Positions 36,501 through 47,529 of a stretch of 64,000 nt of DNA are shown one piece after another. The position numbers were made by a program, and so were the translations under genes. This DNA is from Candidatus Latescibacterota bacterium (GTDB lineage: Bacteria > Krumholzibacteriota > Krumholzibacteriia > WVZY01). The notes below the pieces were generated by a model. That model ran no database searches and had not been told where the DNA came from. It worked only from the letters and a program-made list of their open reading frames with translations. Numbering within the stretch: the stretch's first letter is position 1; every line of letters begins with the position of its first letter. The stretch covers positions 32,001-96,000 of the forward strand of contig CAWBQK010000011.1 of assembly GCA_963791045.1 (NCBI GenBank), read 5' to 3'.

Positions 36501-38262
36501 TGAACGGGCGAAGGTCTCGCCGATATGGACGACGTTATCGTTGAACAAGAGTTCGTAATACTCGTTCATATAATTGGACGAAGAGTTGGGGTAGGCGCTC
36601 TCGTTGGCCCCGATTACCGAAACGGCGCCGCCGTTGGGGTTGGCGAGAAAGTGTTCGGCAAGACAGAAGAACTGATATGCCGCCGCGGTGCAGTTGAGCA
36701 TGTAGAGATTCGTCAACCGGCAGCCGTTCGTCAACAAATCGACGTCGGAGTTCTCGACGCTGGCGTTGGCCGTGGACATCGTAAACCGGAAACCATGGCC
36801 GATATGATTGACATGATTGAACCCGACGTCCATGGAGTCGAGGGCGGCCTGTTTTGTTTCGGGCACCGCGTTTGTGAAGAGCCAATCGGTCTCATACATC
36901 TTTATAATATCGATCGGTTTGCCCTGGAGACTCGTCGCATAGATGAACTCGGCGAAGTCGGCGCCGTTTAGGCTCAGAGGCAAGTCCGGCCACTCGAGTG
37001 GGAAGAGAACTTCGGCAAGAAACATATATCGATTGAGGTAGTCCGCATCGCATGGCGTCTCATAATCGATGATCTTGTCGATCATGAGCGAGACGTCGGC
37101 GAGGTCGGACCGCGCTATGCGGCCGTTGTAGACTTCCGCGTAGAGATCGGGGTTGTCATATGGGACGAGTTTGAAGCCCTCGCCCCAGTACTTGTCGTGA
37201 GTGTCGTTCCACGAACCGTCGAGACACCCGAAATACATATCGGCGGTGAGTTGTGTGCCGTTTAGATGGTATCGACTGAGCGCGTACCTCGGCGGCATGA
37301 TGTCTGTGTCACCGCCAAGAAGAACGTATGTGATTCCCCACTTGGCGTATGCGTCCTGGATAAAGAACCGTATCGTCTCCTGGAGATCGACACCGTTGCG
37401 CGTATTTGCCTCGATCCACTCCACCGTCCGCACCACCGTCGGCACGCCCTTTGTCGTTTTCCAGTCGGCGAGACGCTGGTACTCGCCCGCCAAAGCGTCG
37501 GTCGTAACGATCAAGATAATCGACGGGGCTTCCCTCGAGCGACGGATAGGTCGTCGGCTGAAAGCCGCCCTTCTCCTTCTCCACCGCCACCTCGTCGAAC
37601 ATGTAGCGCCCGTTCATCTCCGGGTTCACCACAAACGCTTCGAGCATCGACTCCACGCTCTTCTGGAAGCCTTCGCGGAAACGCTCGCGGACCACTGGAA
37701 CATCCGTAGCCAGCGTCGTCGTGATCTCGACCGTCACCTTCTCGGTGAGAACCAGGTCACCCGAATCGACACGAACCGGAAAGACGGCAAACGAAGCGAT
37801 CGCGCGTCCGTGGAGATAGCTTGTACCAAGGTAGCGCCCGAGCGCTTCGGGGAAAACCGTCCCCGCATCGGACGCGGCGGCAAGCGGCTCACCCCGGCCC
37901 ACCGTGCCATCCTCGGCGACCATAGGGCCCGCCTGGGCGATTGCGGCACGGCGGAGCATTGTCAGCACGGGACCGTCGGCCGTGAACCGGAACGACTCAA
38001 CCGTGTCCCCCTGCGGGAGAAGCACACTGATAATACGGTATGGAAGCTCGGGCGATCCTTCTTCCGCCAACAGATCGTAACCGGCGGCCGAGACCTGAAT
38101 CGTCGCCACACCGGCGTCGGTCAGGACGGTTACGTTTTCTCTGGGGAGTTGGATCAGAAACGACAGTTTCTCCGCGAAGGTTGTGGAAGCAATAGATGTG
38201 CACAGGAGAATAACAATCAACCCAATGGCGAATCCCGGTCGCCGGCGGGGAGTTCGATGCAT
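33506..38262 (-). CDS. Large secreted C25 (gingipain-like) cysteine peptidase with FN3-like, FG-GAP/VCBS repeats and a FlgD/T9SS-like CTD (about 4 apparent frameshifts)
   Basis: Propeptide GSPELP; LADWKTTKG, YVLLGGD, NHIGHG (His), MLNCT (Cys), LLADP; DIDGDG repeats; QNYPNPFNP..GVYFY..KKMVLLK. Confidence 0.9.
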
Positions 38263-38532
38263 GAGTCCCTCCTCGGTGAGACACCACCAACGAATGACAG
38301 TGGGCGTACGCAGTACGACACTCGTCAGCTGTTATTAGCGGATGTGAACGAAAACGATCGGTGCACTAAGGCGGTAGCAGTGTAGGTAGGTCCGCTCCTT
38401 GAGGGCGCGCTGCAATCAAAGCGACTTTTCCAATTGTCAGGCGGCAAGTTTACAACATTTCTTGGCAAATGTCAAGACGCACGCCCACGGGGGGCGTGCG
38501 TCTTGCGTTCTCATGATTGGAGCGAGTCGGGC

Positions 38533-39039
38533 CTAGTCGCCGTTTGGATCTTTGTACAGTTGGACGATTTCGCCCTTCATCCCGTATCCGTTTATGAGGT
38601 ATCCCGTCACCTTGCCCTCGGTATTGACCGCGTACACATATCCCGTTTGACCGGGCACACATGCGGCGCCGTTGACGGGCTCGATGCGACACAGATAAAC
38701 GGGATTCTCGAGGAGCATCCCTTCGGGGAGCAGATCGATAAACGTATCGCCAGCAGGCGTCCTTTGCGCCGAATCGTAAGGGTAGTATCCGCCGTTGGCG
38801 GCGGCAAACTCCTCGACGGCGGCCTGGACGATGAGACAGTTCTCGAGGACCTTCTCTTTGAGGGACATAGGAAGCTCGAGTTTCTCAACGTCGCTATCCT
38901 CAGGCAACACGACCCGCGACGCGTCCATCACCTCATTGGGCAGGGTTGGCGCCAGCGGCGCATACTGCGCGGGCTCCTCATCGCATCCGACGACAACCAG
39001 CGCAACTACAAATATTGAAATCAAATACAGCCGGTTCAT
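38533..39039 (-). CDS. Lipoprotein with a pilin/pseudopilin-like globular domain
   Basis: Lipobox VVGC; KEKVLENC..VQAAVEEFAAANGGYYP..LLENP. Confidence 0.7.
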   Translation of the reverse strand: MNRLYLISIFVVALVVVGCDEEPAQYAPLAPTLPNEVMDASRVVLPEDSDVEKLELPMSLKEKVLENCLIVQAAVEEFAAANGGYYPYDSAQRTPAGDTFIDLLPEGMLLENPVYLCRIEPVNGAACVPGQTGYVYAVNTEGKVTGYLINGYGMKGEIVQLYKDPNGD

Positions 39040-39236
39040 TCCATGGCCTCCGGGTTATTGTGTTCTATAATATCGCACGCAAGCCGTGAGCCAAACTGTA
39101 TCCGGGGAGGCCGATGGCGGCCAAATTGAGCGATTGGGGGATTCGCGGGAAAGTCCGTCGCGGTGTGGATTCCACTCAGAAGGCGTGTTATATTTGGAGA
39201 AATGAACGACTTCGGTCGCCGCGCAAAGAGAGTTTA

Positions 39237-39791
39237 ATGAACCGGATTGCCCGCATACTTCTCGTCCTGATTGTCGCCTCGTCATGTTCGAAATCCGCCA
39301 ACCCGGACAACGTCCTAACCGACCATGGCTACACTTTTTTGTACGATGAGGTGTTCTACGTTGATATTGAGATTTCATATGAAGATGCGTGGTTCAACAT
39401 CCTCTACGCGCTCGAAGATTACGAGTGGCCTATCGAATACGATTCGCAAACATCCGGGACAATCACGACGGAGTTGACGGATATCGGCACCAACCGGGAC
39501 AGGTACGCGTGCCGGAACTATCTGGATTCCCGAACCCGGGTTGACGCGATGGCGTGCAAGCTTCGGGTTCAGGTATCGCCGGTCAACGAGATCGTGACCC
39601 GAATTCGGATTCAAGCAGAAATCCGCGGGCGCTACGTATACGTATCGTCGCGGGGAGACGAGCGCGTCGGTGGATGGTGGGAGTGCACTTCGACCGGCGA
39701 GATCGAAGGAGAGATTTTCGATTCTTTCCTGTCACGCGTGGAGCCAATAAAATATGTGGCTCCGATCTACCGCCCATGGTCCCCGGATTGA
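39237..39791 (+). CDS. Hypothetical lipoprotein
   Basis: Signal ending ASSC; intact ORF. Confidence 0.75.
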   Translation: MNRIARILLVLIVASSCSKSANPDNVLTDHGYTFLYDEVFYVDIEISYEDAWFNILYALEDYEWPIEYDSQTSGTITTELTDIGTNRDRYACRNYLDSRTRVDAMACKLRVQVSPVNEIVTRIRIQAEIRGRYVYVSSRGDERVGGWWECTSTGEIEGEIFDSFLSRVEPIKYVAPIYRPWSPD

Positions 39792-39854
39792 TAATCCCAG
39801 TTTAGTTCCAGACAACAATCTCGACCCCATGCATGGGATTAGCGCGTAACTTGA

Positions 39855-41144
39855 TTACTCCTCTTGTTCTTTGAAGCCTCCCGCCACCTTCTGGAAAGCG
39901 ATCATAATAAAGATGGCAAGAACGAGGTGCGCCGCCAGGGTGTACCAGACATACTCCGGCTTGCCCATGTCTCCAAAGTAACCGTAGAGCGACGTGTAAA
40001 GAACGCCGCTTGTCGCGCCGCCAATCCCCACCGCCAGAAAGTTCGTTCCCATATACAGTCCGGCTTTTTCTTTGGGCGCGATCCAGGTGATGTATTCCTG
40101 GATTCGCGGCGAGGCGATCATCTCCCCGACGGCAAAGAAGAATATTCCGAGGAAGACAAAGGCGGCGGAAGAAACATTGGCGAATCCCAAAATCATAAAA
40201 CCGATGGCGGCGACCAAAAGTCCAACGAGAAAAGAAGGAATCGCCGGAAGTTTCTCAAAACCTCTCGAGATGAAGACCTGGATGATCATGATGATGTATC
40301 CGGTGTGCGAAATAGTTTCGCCAAGAACACGGCGCACGCCGTCTTCTCCTTCGTGTGAAAAGAAATTCGCGAACCCCGTCCCGAATACCGCCTGGATATT
40401 CATGTAGAGCTGCGCCGTGTCGATGTTTCGATCCACGTAGATGGCGCACAGGTTAAAAAACGCCCAGAACGGAAGCCAGAAAAACAAACCCAGAATAATG
40501 AGAAACGCGGAAAACTTGATATCTGACAGGGCAACGCCAATGTCTCTGAACTTTTCTCCCAGGCTCGCTCCCTCGATTTCACGTTCGGGTTCTTTGTAGA
40601 AAAAGATCGTAACGAGAAGCATGAAAGCGATTGAAATCCCGGCGGCGATAAATGCGTAGTTCCAGGAAATAGCCCTAAGTTTGCCGGCAACGATGGGACC
40701 AAACGACCCGCCGACGTTTACCATGGCATAGAAAATCCCAAACCCCAGGGTCTTGTTCGACGAGTTGGTTACCGCCCTGACGGTGCCGGAGACAAGTGGT
40801 TTGAAGATGCCCGCGGCGAGCCCGATGCTGAGCATCGTCAGCGCGATCCCCGAAAACGATTTCGTTACAATCAAAAGCAGGATCGAGGGCAGATATGCCA
40901 GGTATGACACGATGAGAACTTTTTTGAATCCATAACGATCCGCGAAGGTCCCCGAGATCAAGGGGACGGTGTATGAAATCAATAGGAAGAGACTTTGGAC
41001 GATGCCGAGCTGAGCCCGGGTGTATCCAAGGTACTCCATGTAAATCCCGAAGCCGAAGTAGATGCCGTAATACGAAAACCGCTCGAGAACCTCGATGAGG
41101 TTCGCCACCCAAAACACGGGCGGGAATGGCGTCCGCTGCTTCAT
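39855..41144 (-). CDS. MFS transporter, POT/PTR-like
   Basis: EVLERFSYYG (ExxERF.YYG), FADRYG, GFGIFYAMVNVG, GEMIASP. Confidence 0.92.
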   Translation of the reverse strand: MKQRTPFPPVFWVANLIEVLERFSYYGIYFGFGIYMEYLGYTRAQLGIVQSLFLLISYTVPLISGTFADRYGFKKVLIVSYLAYLPSILLLIVTKSFSGIALTMLSIGLAAGIFKPLVSGTVRAVTNSSNKTLGFGIFYAMVNVGGSFGPIVAGKLRAISWNYAFIAAGISIAFMLLVTIFFYKEPEREIEGASLGEKFRDIGVALSDIKFSAFLIILGLFFWLPFWAFFNLCAIYVDRNIDTAQLYMNIQAVFGTGFANFFSHEGEDGVRRVLGETISHTGYIIMIIQVFISRGFEKLPAIPSFLVGLLVAAIGFMILGFANVSSAAFVFLGIFFFAVGEMIASPRIQEYITWIAPKEKAGLYMGTNFLAVGIGGATSGVLYTSLYGYFGDMGKPEYVWYTLAAHLVLAIFIMIAFQKVAGGFKEQEE

Positions 41145-41554
41145 GTGTTCCTCCTGGGCTGGATGGATACTCGAAAATTGCCGGTACGTATTGTACCATG
41201 ACCTCCCAATCGACACCAACCACCAGTGCTTCTCGTGTCGGGCGCGGGTTCTCATGCTCTGAGGCTTCAACAACCAAGAACGCGAGCCGCCACCCGCGCC
41301 CGGCAGTTGAGCATGTGGGGTGTAAAGTTTTTTATTTACAATTGATTAGACGCGGGTTTGAGATTCAACCGGCTCCGTCGTTGGAGCTGTACGCATCGCG
41401 ACGGGCAATAATTTCTCGATTTCGGGTTTTTCTTGCGGTATAATATCGTCGACCGGTCCCGGACCGGTTCGATTCGCCTGTTGGTATGTTTTTTCGACCG
41501 TGAGTGCCCACGTAGCGTTGAAGCCTCGTGGACATAACACGTATGGAGGTTTCG

Positions 41555-41842
41555 ATGAAGATCTACGTGGGAAATCTTTCGTTTTCTACAACGGAAGACT
41601 CGCTTCGTACCGTGTTCGAAGAGTTCGGTACGATTGAAGAGGTAACGATCGTCGAGGATCGCGAAACGGGTCGTTCGCGTGGGTTTGGCTTTGTGACAAT
41701 GTCCGATGCCTCGGCGGGGGCTGCCGCGATCGAAGCGGTCAATGGTCGCGAAGTTGACGGTCGTGCTTTGAACGTGAACGAAGCGCGCCCCAAAAAACAA
41801 GGCGGTGGTGGCGGCGGTGGTGGCGGTTTCAGACGTCGCTAG
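41555..41842 (+). CDS. RRM RNA-binding protein with Gly-rich tail
   Basis: IYVGNL (RNP2), RGFGFV (RNP1), VNEARP; GGAGG RBS. Confidence 0.96.
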   Translation: MKIYVGNLSFSTTEDSLRTVFEEFGTIEEVTIVEDRETGRSRGFGFVTMSDASAGAAAIEAVNGREVDGRALNVNEARPKKQGGGGGGGGGFRRR

Positions 41843-41867
41843 AGGCCATCAGCCTTGAACATCTTCA

Positions 41868-41904
41868 AACGGGATCCGCCAGGTGCGGGTCCCGTTCTTC
41901 TTTT
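41868..41904 (+). terminator. Intrinsic terminator
   Basis: AACGGGATCCGC..GCGGGTCCCGTT followed by CTTCTTTT after the RRM stop. Confidence 0.75.
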
Positions 41905-41995
41905 CGATCCCGCTCCATGCTGGTTTGTGCCCCGTCGCCGTGCTATACTGTCAATGCCTGCATGATCCCTGACAACCCAGACAGGTGGTGATAAT

Positions 41996-42754
41996 ATGCA
42001 ACACCGACGTGCTGCCTCGGTTATCCTGGCGGCGATCCTCATCCCCTGCATTTGGATCACCATCGGCTGTGATTCTTCAACAAGCCCTTCGAAGCAAGTA
42101 AGTTCCATTTTTGATCTGACGCCCCGGGATAATCCCGAGGCGGAAGCCGCCGCGTTGTGGCTCTCCGGTGATCTGGTGGCGCCGACGGATCTCTATGAAG
42201 AACTCTTCAGTGGTTACTCGCGAATCCGGGGCGCTTATGCGGACAGCATCCCCGAACTCAACCAGGTGACCTTTGTGTCACCCTGGATGCCGGGTGAACT
42301 CCTGCTCAAGCTCACGGATGACGCCATTGCCGAATTGAGACGCGGCGAGTACCACGATCTCGATTCTTTGAATACCTACTATCGTGTTGCCGAGATCGAC
42401 ACGCACCTTATTGATTTCATCGGGTGGATGCATCTGATTTTCGAAGGCCGCCTTCACCCCGAACGCCTGGCAGAAGAATACGGCCAGGTACCGTCACTAC
42501 TCATGGCCGAACCCAATGGTACATGGAGCAACCAGGCTGACAATTATCCATGGTTGATTGATGGTGGAATCAGCTACCTGTTCCGATACGGGTGGGGTGA
42601 TTGCCCGGCCGGTTGTATCTACAACCAGTTTTGGTATTTCAAGGTCCGGGAGATATCGGGCTACGTGGAATACCTGGGGACGTTTGTTTCGGGAGAGGGT
42701 CCCGAACCCGACTGGTGGGCCGAGGCGAGAGCCGCCTACGACGCCAAGCACTAA
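41996..42754 (+). CDS. Hypothetical lipoprotein with a WGDCPAGC motif
   Basis: Lipobox TIGC; intact ORF. Confidence 0.8.
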   Translation: MQHRRAASVILAAILIPCIWITIGCDSSTSPSKQVSSIFDLTPRDNPEAEAAALWLSGDLVAPTDLYEELFSGYSRIRGAYADSIPELNQVTFVSPWMPGELLLKLTDDAIAELRRGEYHDLDSLNTYYRVAEIDTHLIDFIGWMHLIFEGRLHPERLAEEYGQVPSLLMAEPNGTWSNQADNYPWLIDGGISYLFRYGWGDCPAGCIYNQFWYFKVREISGYVEYLGTFVSGEGPEPDWWAEARAAYDAKH

Positions 42755-43056
42755 TTCCCTCCTCCTTTTCGACAGGCGATTCGTGCTGGCCCGTGTCTTT
42801 TTGGCACGGGCCTTGTATCCCTTCCGAAGTTTATGTCTCCAATTCATGTGTTTTGATAGGCCGTCCCGAATTGTGCTAAGGTGTTACATCTGAGCATGAT
42901 AGAGGGTATGTGAGCAGGATTTGACGGATGTCTTTCAAAGAAATGATAGTCAGAAGATTCCTGGAAATCGCGGTGCGAGTGCATAGCCCGCGACAGCTGC
43001 GGGTATGGCAGCGCAGATTCTTCAAGGCCAGGTTGATCGCATCGGAGGTAATGCGG

Positions 43057-43593
43057 ATGGACAACGCGCTCATCATTTATCATTCTGATACCGGCAACAC
43101 GGAGAAGGTGGCGTTGGCTATCAAAAGGGGGATCGAAAGAGCGGGATGGTCGGCTACGCTCGAAACCGTTGAGGAAGCGAAGGGCACCGATCTATACGAT
43201 TACGATCTGGTCTGTATCGGCTCCCCGGTGATTCACGCCCTGCCGCCAAAGAAAGTTTTTGATTTCATCGAAGCGAACGACATCCGGTATCGCGAAGAAC
43301 GAGAAGTCATGCTGGCTTCGCCCAAACTCATCAACAAAAACGCGGTTGTGTTTTGCACGTACTCGGGGCCGCACTGCGGGATCAATGAAGCGCTCCCAGT
43401 CGGAAAATATATCCGCCAGTTTTTGGAGCATTTTGGATTCGATGTGAAAGACGAATGGTACGAAGTTGCTCAGTTCAACGGGTGGGACGAGGGCAGCACA
43501 AAGGGAAGGCTCGGGGACATTCGTGAGCGCCCGACAGAAGATGATTTGCTGCTCGTTGAGCTCAAGGCGGCGCAACTGACCAGATCCCTTTGA
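43057..43593 (+). CDS. Flavodoxin-family protein
   Basis: IYHSDTGNTEKVA, DLVCIGSP, VFCTYSG. Confidence 0.88.
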   Translation: MDNALIIYHSDTGNTEKVALAIKRGIERAGWSATLETVEEAKGTDLYDYDLVCIGSPVIHALPPKKVFDFIEANDIRYREEREVMLASPKLINKNAVVFCTYSGPHCGINEALPVGKYIRQFLEHFGFDVKDEWYEVAQFNGWDEGSTKGRLGDIRERPTEDDLLLVELKAAQLTRSL

Positions 43594-43803
43594 GAAACCG
43601 GCATTGATCAGCTGGAGCAGGATGAGCCTGATTGTCCTCTTGTCCTCTCGCATCGTTACATTCCTTTCTTGCGTTGTTGCTTCGGCGGCAGCCCTCCCAA
43701 TCTGCGATTGTTTACCTGTTGCTTGATATTCTCCAAATAGACACATTGATGTCATTCATAAATTAGCTTGATACATAGCTTTAACCTATGTATGGTTTTG
43801 GTG

Positions 43804-45465
43804 ATGAACGTCTGGACCGCATTGCTTGATGTCTTGATCATACTCGCCGCCGCCCTGGTCCTGGGAGGTGTGTTCGAGCGCTTCAAGCAGAACGCAATAC
43901 TCGGCTATCTGCTCGCCGGCACGTTGGTCGGCCCCCATGCGCTCGACCTGATCCCGAACCACGAGGCCTTGCAAGCGCTCACGGAGCTTGGCGTTGCTCT
44001 ATTGCTCTTCGTGATTGGGTTGGAGTTCTCGTGGCGGCGACTGAGAAGCCTCGGCGCAGTCGCTTTGGGTGGGGGCGCCTTTCAAGTCATCGTAACAACG
44101 TTTCTGGCAACCGTTGCCGCGGTGATGATCGGCCTGGACGCGAGACCGGCCTTTGTTGTTGGCAGCATCATTGCATTGAGCAGCACGGCCGTCGTGATAC
44201 GGCTGCTCGCGGACCGCGCGGAAATCGACAGCGTCTACGGTCGAAATACCCTGGGAATCTTGCTGTTCCAGGATATTGCGGTCGTCCCGATCGTCCTTGC
44301 CGTATCAGTTCTTGGGGGAGACGGGACTGTTTCCCAGATCCTTTGGGCGGTGGCTCGAGCGATCGGTGCGGCACTGCTTCTCACGGGGACTCTATATCTG
44401 CTGCTAATTCACATCGTGCCGAGACTATTTCGGTCCAGAGAGGCGACGAGAAACCGTGACCTACCGGCATTACTAACCATGGTCGCTGCCATTGGAAGCG
44501 CATGGGCTGCCCACGCGCTGGGAATTTCCCCGGTGCTTGGTGCGTTCGTCGCTGGCGTCATGCTCGCCGAATCACCGTTTGCCACGCAAATACGATCAGA
44601 CATTACCCCCTTGAAAACTCTTTTTGTGACCCTGTTCTTCAGCTCGATAGGGGCTTTGATAAATCCCGTTTGGGCACTGGAGCACTGGGTCACGGTAACC
44701 GCCGTGATGGCGGCAGTCATTTTAGGAAAAATCATTGTGACGGCCGCTGCGGGTCGTTTGTTTCGCGTGTCACTCGGATATTCCATCGCCACGGGTTTTT
44801 GTCTTGCACAGGTTGGCGAATTTTCATTTATGATAGCCGCCGTCGCGCGCAATGGCGGTGTGATCAGCCGCGGCCTGTTCGAACTGATGACTACGGTGGC
44901 CGTCACGACTCTCATGGTCACGCCGTATCTGGTCGCGGCCGCTCCCAGGATCGCCCGAGTTGTGACAAGCGTCAGACTCAAGGGTGCCCGGCGTGATCCT
45001 GGCGAAAACCAACGGGCCGATCATGGCGAACCCCCGCGCCGAAACCACATCGTGATCGTCGGCTTCGGCCCGGCGGGCAGACAGGTTGCAGAAGAGTTGT
45101 TGAAAGAAAACCACCCTCTCGTGGTGATCGAGCTGAATCCGAGACCGGCCGCAGAAGCCTCGGCGCTAGGCATTCCGCTGGTGGTTGGCGACGCGACACG
45201 TTGGGAGCTGCTGGAGCGCGTGGGAGTGGCGTCTGCGAAAGCCATTGCCGTGACGGTGCCCGACCCGGTTACCGCAAGGCAGATAACTGCACAAGTGCGT
45301 GGGGCGGGTGGCAATGCATTTGTCGTCGCACGCTCACGATATCACCGATATGTTCCGGATTTGATACGTGCGGGAGCAGAGGTCGTGGTCGATGAGGAGA
45401 CCGAAGTCGGTTTTCGAATTGCCTCGGCGGTACGAAAGGGTTTAGGAGAGCCGCCCGCGCAGTAG
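43804..45465 (+). CDS. CPA2 cation:proton antiporter with TrkA-N/RCK domain (KefB/YbaL-like)
   Basis: GYLLAG, LFVIGLEFS, LSSTAVV, LLFQDI, LAQVGEFSF, IVGFGPAG, VGDAT. Confidence 0.93.
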   Translation: MNVWTALLDVLIILAAALVLGGVFERFKQNAILGYLLAGTLVGPHALDLIPNHEALQALTELGVALLLFVIGLEFSWRRLRSLGAVALGGGAFQVIVTTFLATVAAVMIGLDARPAFVVGSIIALSSTAVVIRLLADRAEIDSVYGRNTLGILLFQDIAVVPIVLAVSVLGGDGTVSQILWAVARAIGAALLLTGTLYLLLIHIVPRLFRSREATRNRDLPALLTMVAAIGSAWAAHALGISPVLGAFVAGVMLAESPFATQIRSDITPLKTLFVTLFFSSIGALINPVWALEHWVTVTAVMAAVILGKIIVTAAAGRLFRVSLGYSIATGFCLAQVGEFSFMIAAVARNGGVISRGLFELMTTVAVTTLMVTPYLVAAAPRIARVVTSVRLKGARRDPGENQRADHGEPPRRNHIVIVGFGPAGRQVAEELLKENHPLVVIELNPRPAAEASALGIPLVVGDATRWELLERVGVASAKAIAVTVPDPVTARQITAQVRGAGGNAFVVARSRYHRYVPDLIRAGAEVVVDEETEVGFRIASAVRKGLGEPPAQ

Positions 45466-45515
45466 AATGATGTTCGCCGAGCCGGGCGAGCGGGCGATAT
45501 ACTGAATTAAACATC

Positions 45516-45947
45516 ATGACACAAAAAAGAAAACATCCTCCCTTCTTTTGGATTTACATGCTCGAGTGTGAAAACGGCGCGTACTATACGGGCTACTCGA
45601 CCAATCTTACCCGTCGTTTCAGACAGCACGTCGATGGCACGGCCAATGTGAAGTACACGCGCACCCATAAGCCCGTGCGAATCGCCCAGTGTTGGCGGCT
45701 GTACGACGCGGTTGGGACTGCTCTGAAGGTGGAGAGGGCGATCAAAACAATGGGGCGGAAGGCAAAAAACCGTCTCGTTGGAGAACCCATGGCGATCAAA
45801 AAACTGGTCGCGGCACGCCTGGGCACCGAACTCGATATTTACACGTTTGATCCGGTGAAAGTAGAAAAGGCGGCGAGGTCGCTTCCCGCCGATGATATCA
45901 AGACCGCCGAGGATCCGATGGCGGCAATGCCGCCGGGCGACTACTGA
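45516..45947 (+). CDS. GIY-YIG nuclease (UPF0213-like)
   Basis: WIYMLEC..YYTGYSTNL.RR..QH..KYTR..ALKVE..IK. Confidence 0.9.
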   Translation: MTQKRKHPPFFWIYMLECENGAYYTGYSTNLTRRFRQHVDGTANVKYTRTHKPVRIAQCWRLYDAVGTALKVERAIKTMGRKAKNRLVGEPMAIKKLVAARLGTELDIYTFDPVKVEKAARSLPADDIKTAEDPMAAMPPGDY

Positions 45948-45979
45948 CTCGATCGGCCCTCGACGCAACGGCCGGATTT

Positions 45980-47098
45980 CTAGTACAAACTTACGTACTT
46001 GTATTCCATCATATAGGGTCCGTAACAAATCGACATGTAGTAGCTGCCGGTTGGGAAATACTCCTCGTTCACGTCATCCCAAAATTTGTACCGAATCAAG
46101 CGGTTCTTCCCCGGCAGAGAATTCTGGAACAGGTCGTCCACCACGCGGTCGCCGCATGTCACGTCTTCCCACCACCAGAATGTTTCCTGAAGGCTGATTC
46201 GAGTGACAGCCGTCTCGGAACCTCTGAATAGCACATACATCGTTTCCCCAACACCGACACTGGCGGGGAACGCCCAGAGAATCTCTCCGAATTTCAGGCC
46301 GGCGGTGAGGTTTGACAATTCCGACCAGTTGTCTAACTCGTCGGCGACCTTCATTGCGAAAAAGAAGTTCTGGTTGTACAACCCCGTCACAACAAAAGAT
46401 TCCGCTTCGCCCGATGGCTTTGGCGCCATCGAGTTGGGAATCGGTACGGCGCTATTCCATTGGGTCTCGTTTTCAATGGGTCGAATCGAGTAACGGATCT
46501 CATAACGGCTGGCCGTGCCCGAATAGAAGTCGTCGCCCGTCGCCGTCCACACCAGCACGAACGATGTGTCATTCGGAGCCTCGGCGTAGAGGTCCGAGAT
46601 GGGCGCCGGCGCGAATTCCTCCATCTGAGTTGTGCCGTCACAACAGTTGGACAGGGCGGATTCATTGCCTTCCTCGTCGGACGTCTTGAGCGCGAAGTGA
46701 TACTTCGTGTTGGATTCGAGACCGAGGATCACAATCGTCTCGATACTGCCCGCGGGCCTGGGCGTGGGTATCAGATTGGGGTCGATAGAGGTCGCCAAAT
46801 CCCATTCGTCATTGATAATCGGGTTCTGTGAATACCGAATGTCGTAACTATCCGCGGTCCCCTCGTGTGCGTCATCCCCGGGCGCGGTCCAGACCAGCGC
46901 CATGGACTGGTAGGTGTGCGTGTTGGTGCGGAGATTGGCGACCGTTGAGGGTGGGATGGAGTCGGGTTGTGGGTTCACAACAACGCCGTTTACAGGTGGC
47001 CCGTCGTCGTCGCCGCCGCAGTTTGAGATGGTAAGCGAGGTCAAAGCTACGAATGTTGCGAGGACGAGGAGAAAAAGAGAGCCGCATGGATTTCTCAT
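45980..47098 (-). CDS. Secreted protein or lipoprotein with two FN3-like repeats
   Basis: Two copies of WTA.GDD..GTA..Y.IRYS..FA.K..DE..N.S.LSN; possible lipobox ISNC. Confidence 0.85.
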   Translation of the reverse strand: MRNPCGSLFLLVLATFVALTSLTISNCGGDDDGPPVNGVVVNPQPDSIPPSTVANLRTNTHTYQSMALVWTAPGDDAHEGTADSYDIRYSQNPIINDEWDLATSIDPNLIPTPRPAGSIETIVILGLESNTKYHFALKTSDEEGNESALSNCCDGTTQMEEFAPAPISDLYAEAPNDTSFVLVWTATGDDFYSGTASRYEIRYSIRPIENETQWNSAVPIPNSMAPKPSGEAESFVVTGLYNQNFFFAMKVADELDNWSELSNLTAGLKFGEILWAFPASVGVGETMYVLFRGSETAVTRISLQETFWWWEDVTCGDRVVDDLFQNSLPGKNRLIRYKFWDDVNEEYFPTGSYYMSICYGPYMMEYKYVSLY

Positions 47099-47529
47099 CG
47101 TTGTCTCTGCCCTTGTTGGAGTCGGACGCGTACCAAATAATTATAGCATATCTCTGGTGGGGTAGAAGGCCGTACAACTGTATATACGGCGGATCCCGCG
47201 TCAATGTTTCCGGAGCTGTGTCGCCACTCCACCCGGCGAAGCCTGACTTTCTGCGCGAAGTTTACAAACGGGCTCCAACCTTTTTGGGGAATTCCCCCAG
47301 AATTCGATGTCACAGGCTTGCGTATGGTTCCTCATCACGGCGAGTAATCCCTTTAACATAAACACATTACGAAGTTTACCCCGGGCGAGCCAGCGCCCGG
47401 CAGGGGTCTTGCAGTTGTATTTCAACGGCAAGCCCACTTTTTAATATTGATGTTAAGCGAAATCGGGATCGGTCGCTAATTTGGCCGGGGTAAAGGTCCC
47501 CGATCAAACGCCGAATCTTTAAGCGTCAC

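Noticed and set aside
42788-42818. Sigma54-like TGGCACGGGCCTTGT
   Set aside because: The -12 reads GT, and the sequence is one arm of a hairpin after the 42754 stop; more likely terminator-related.
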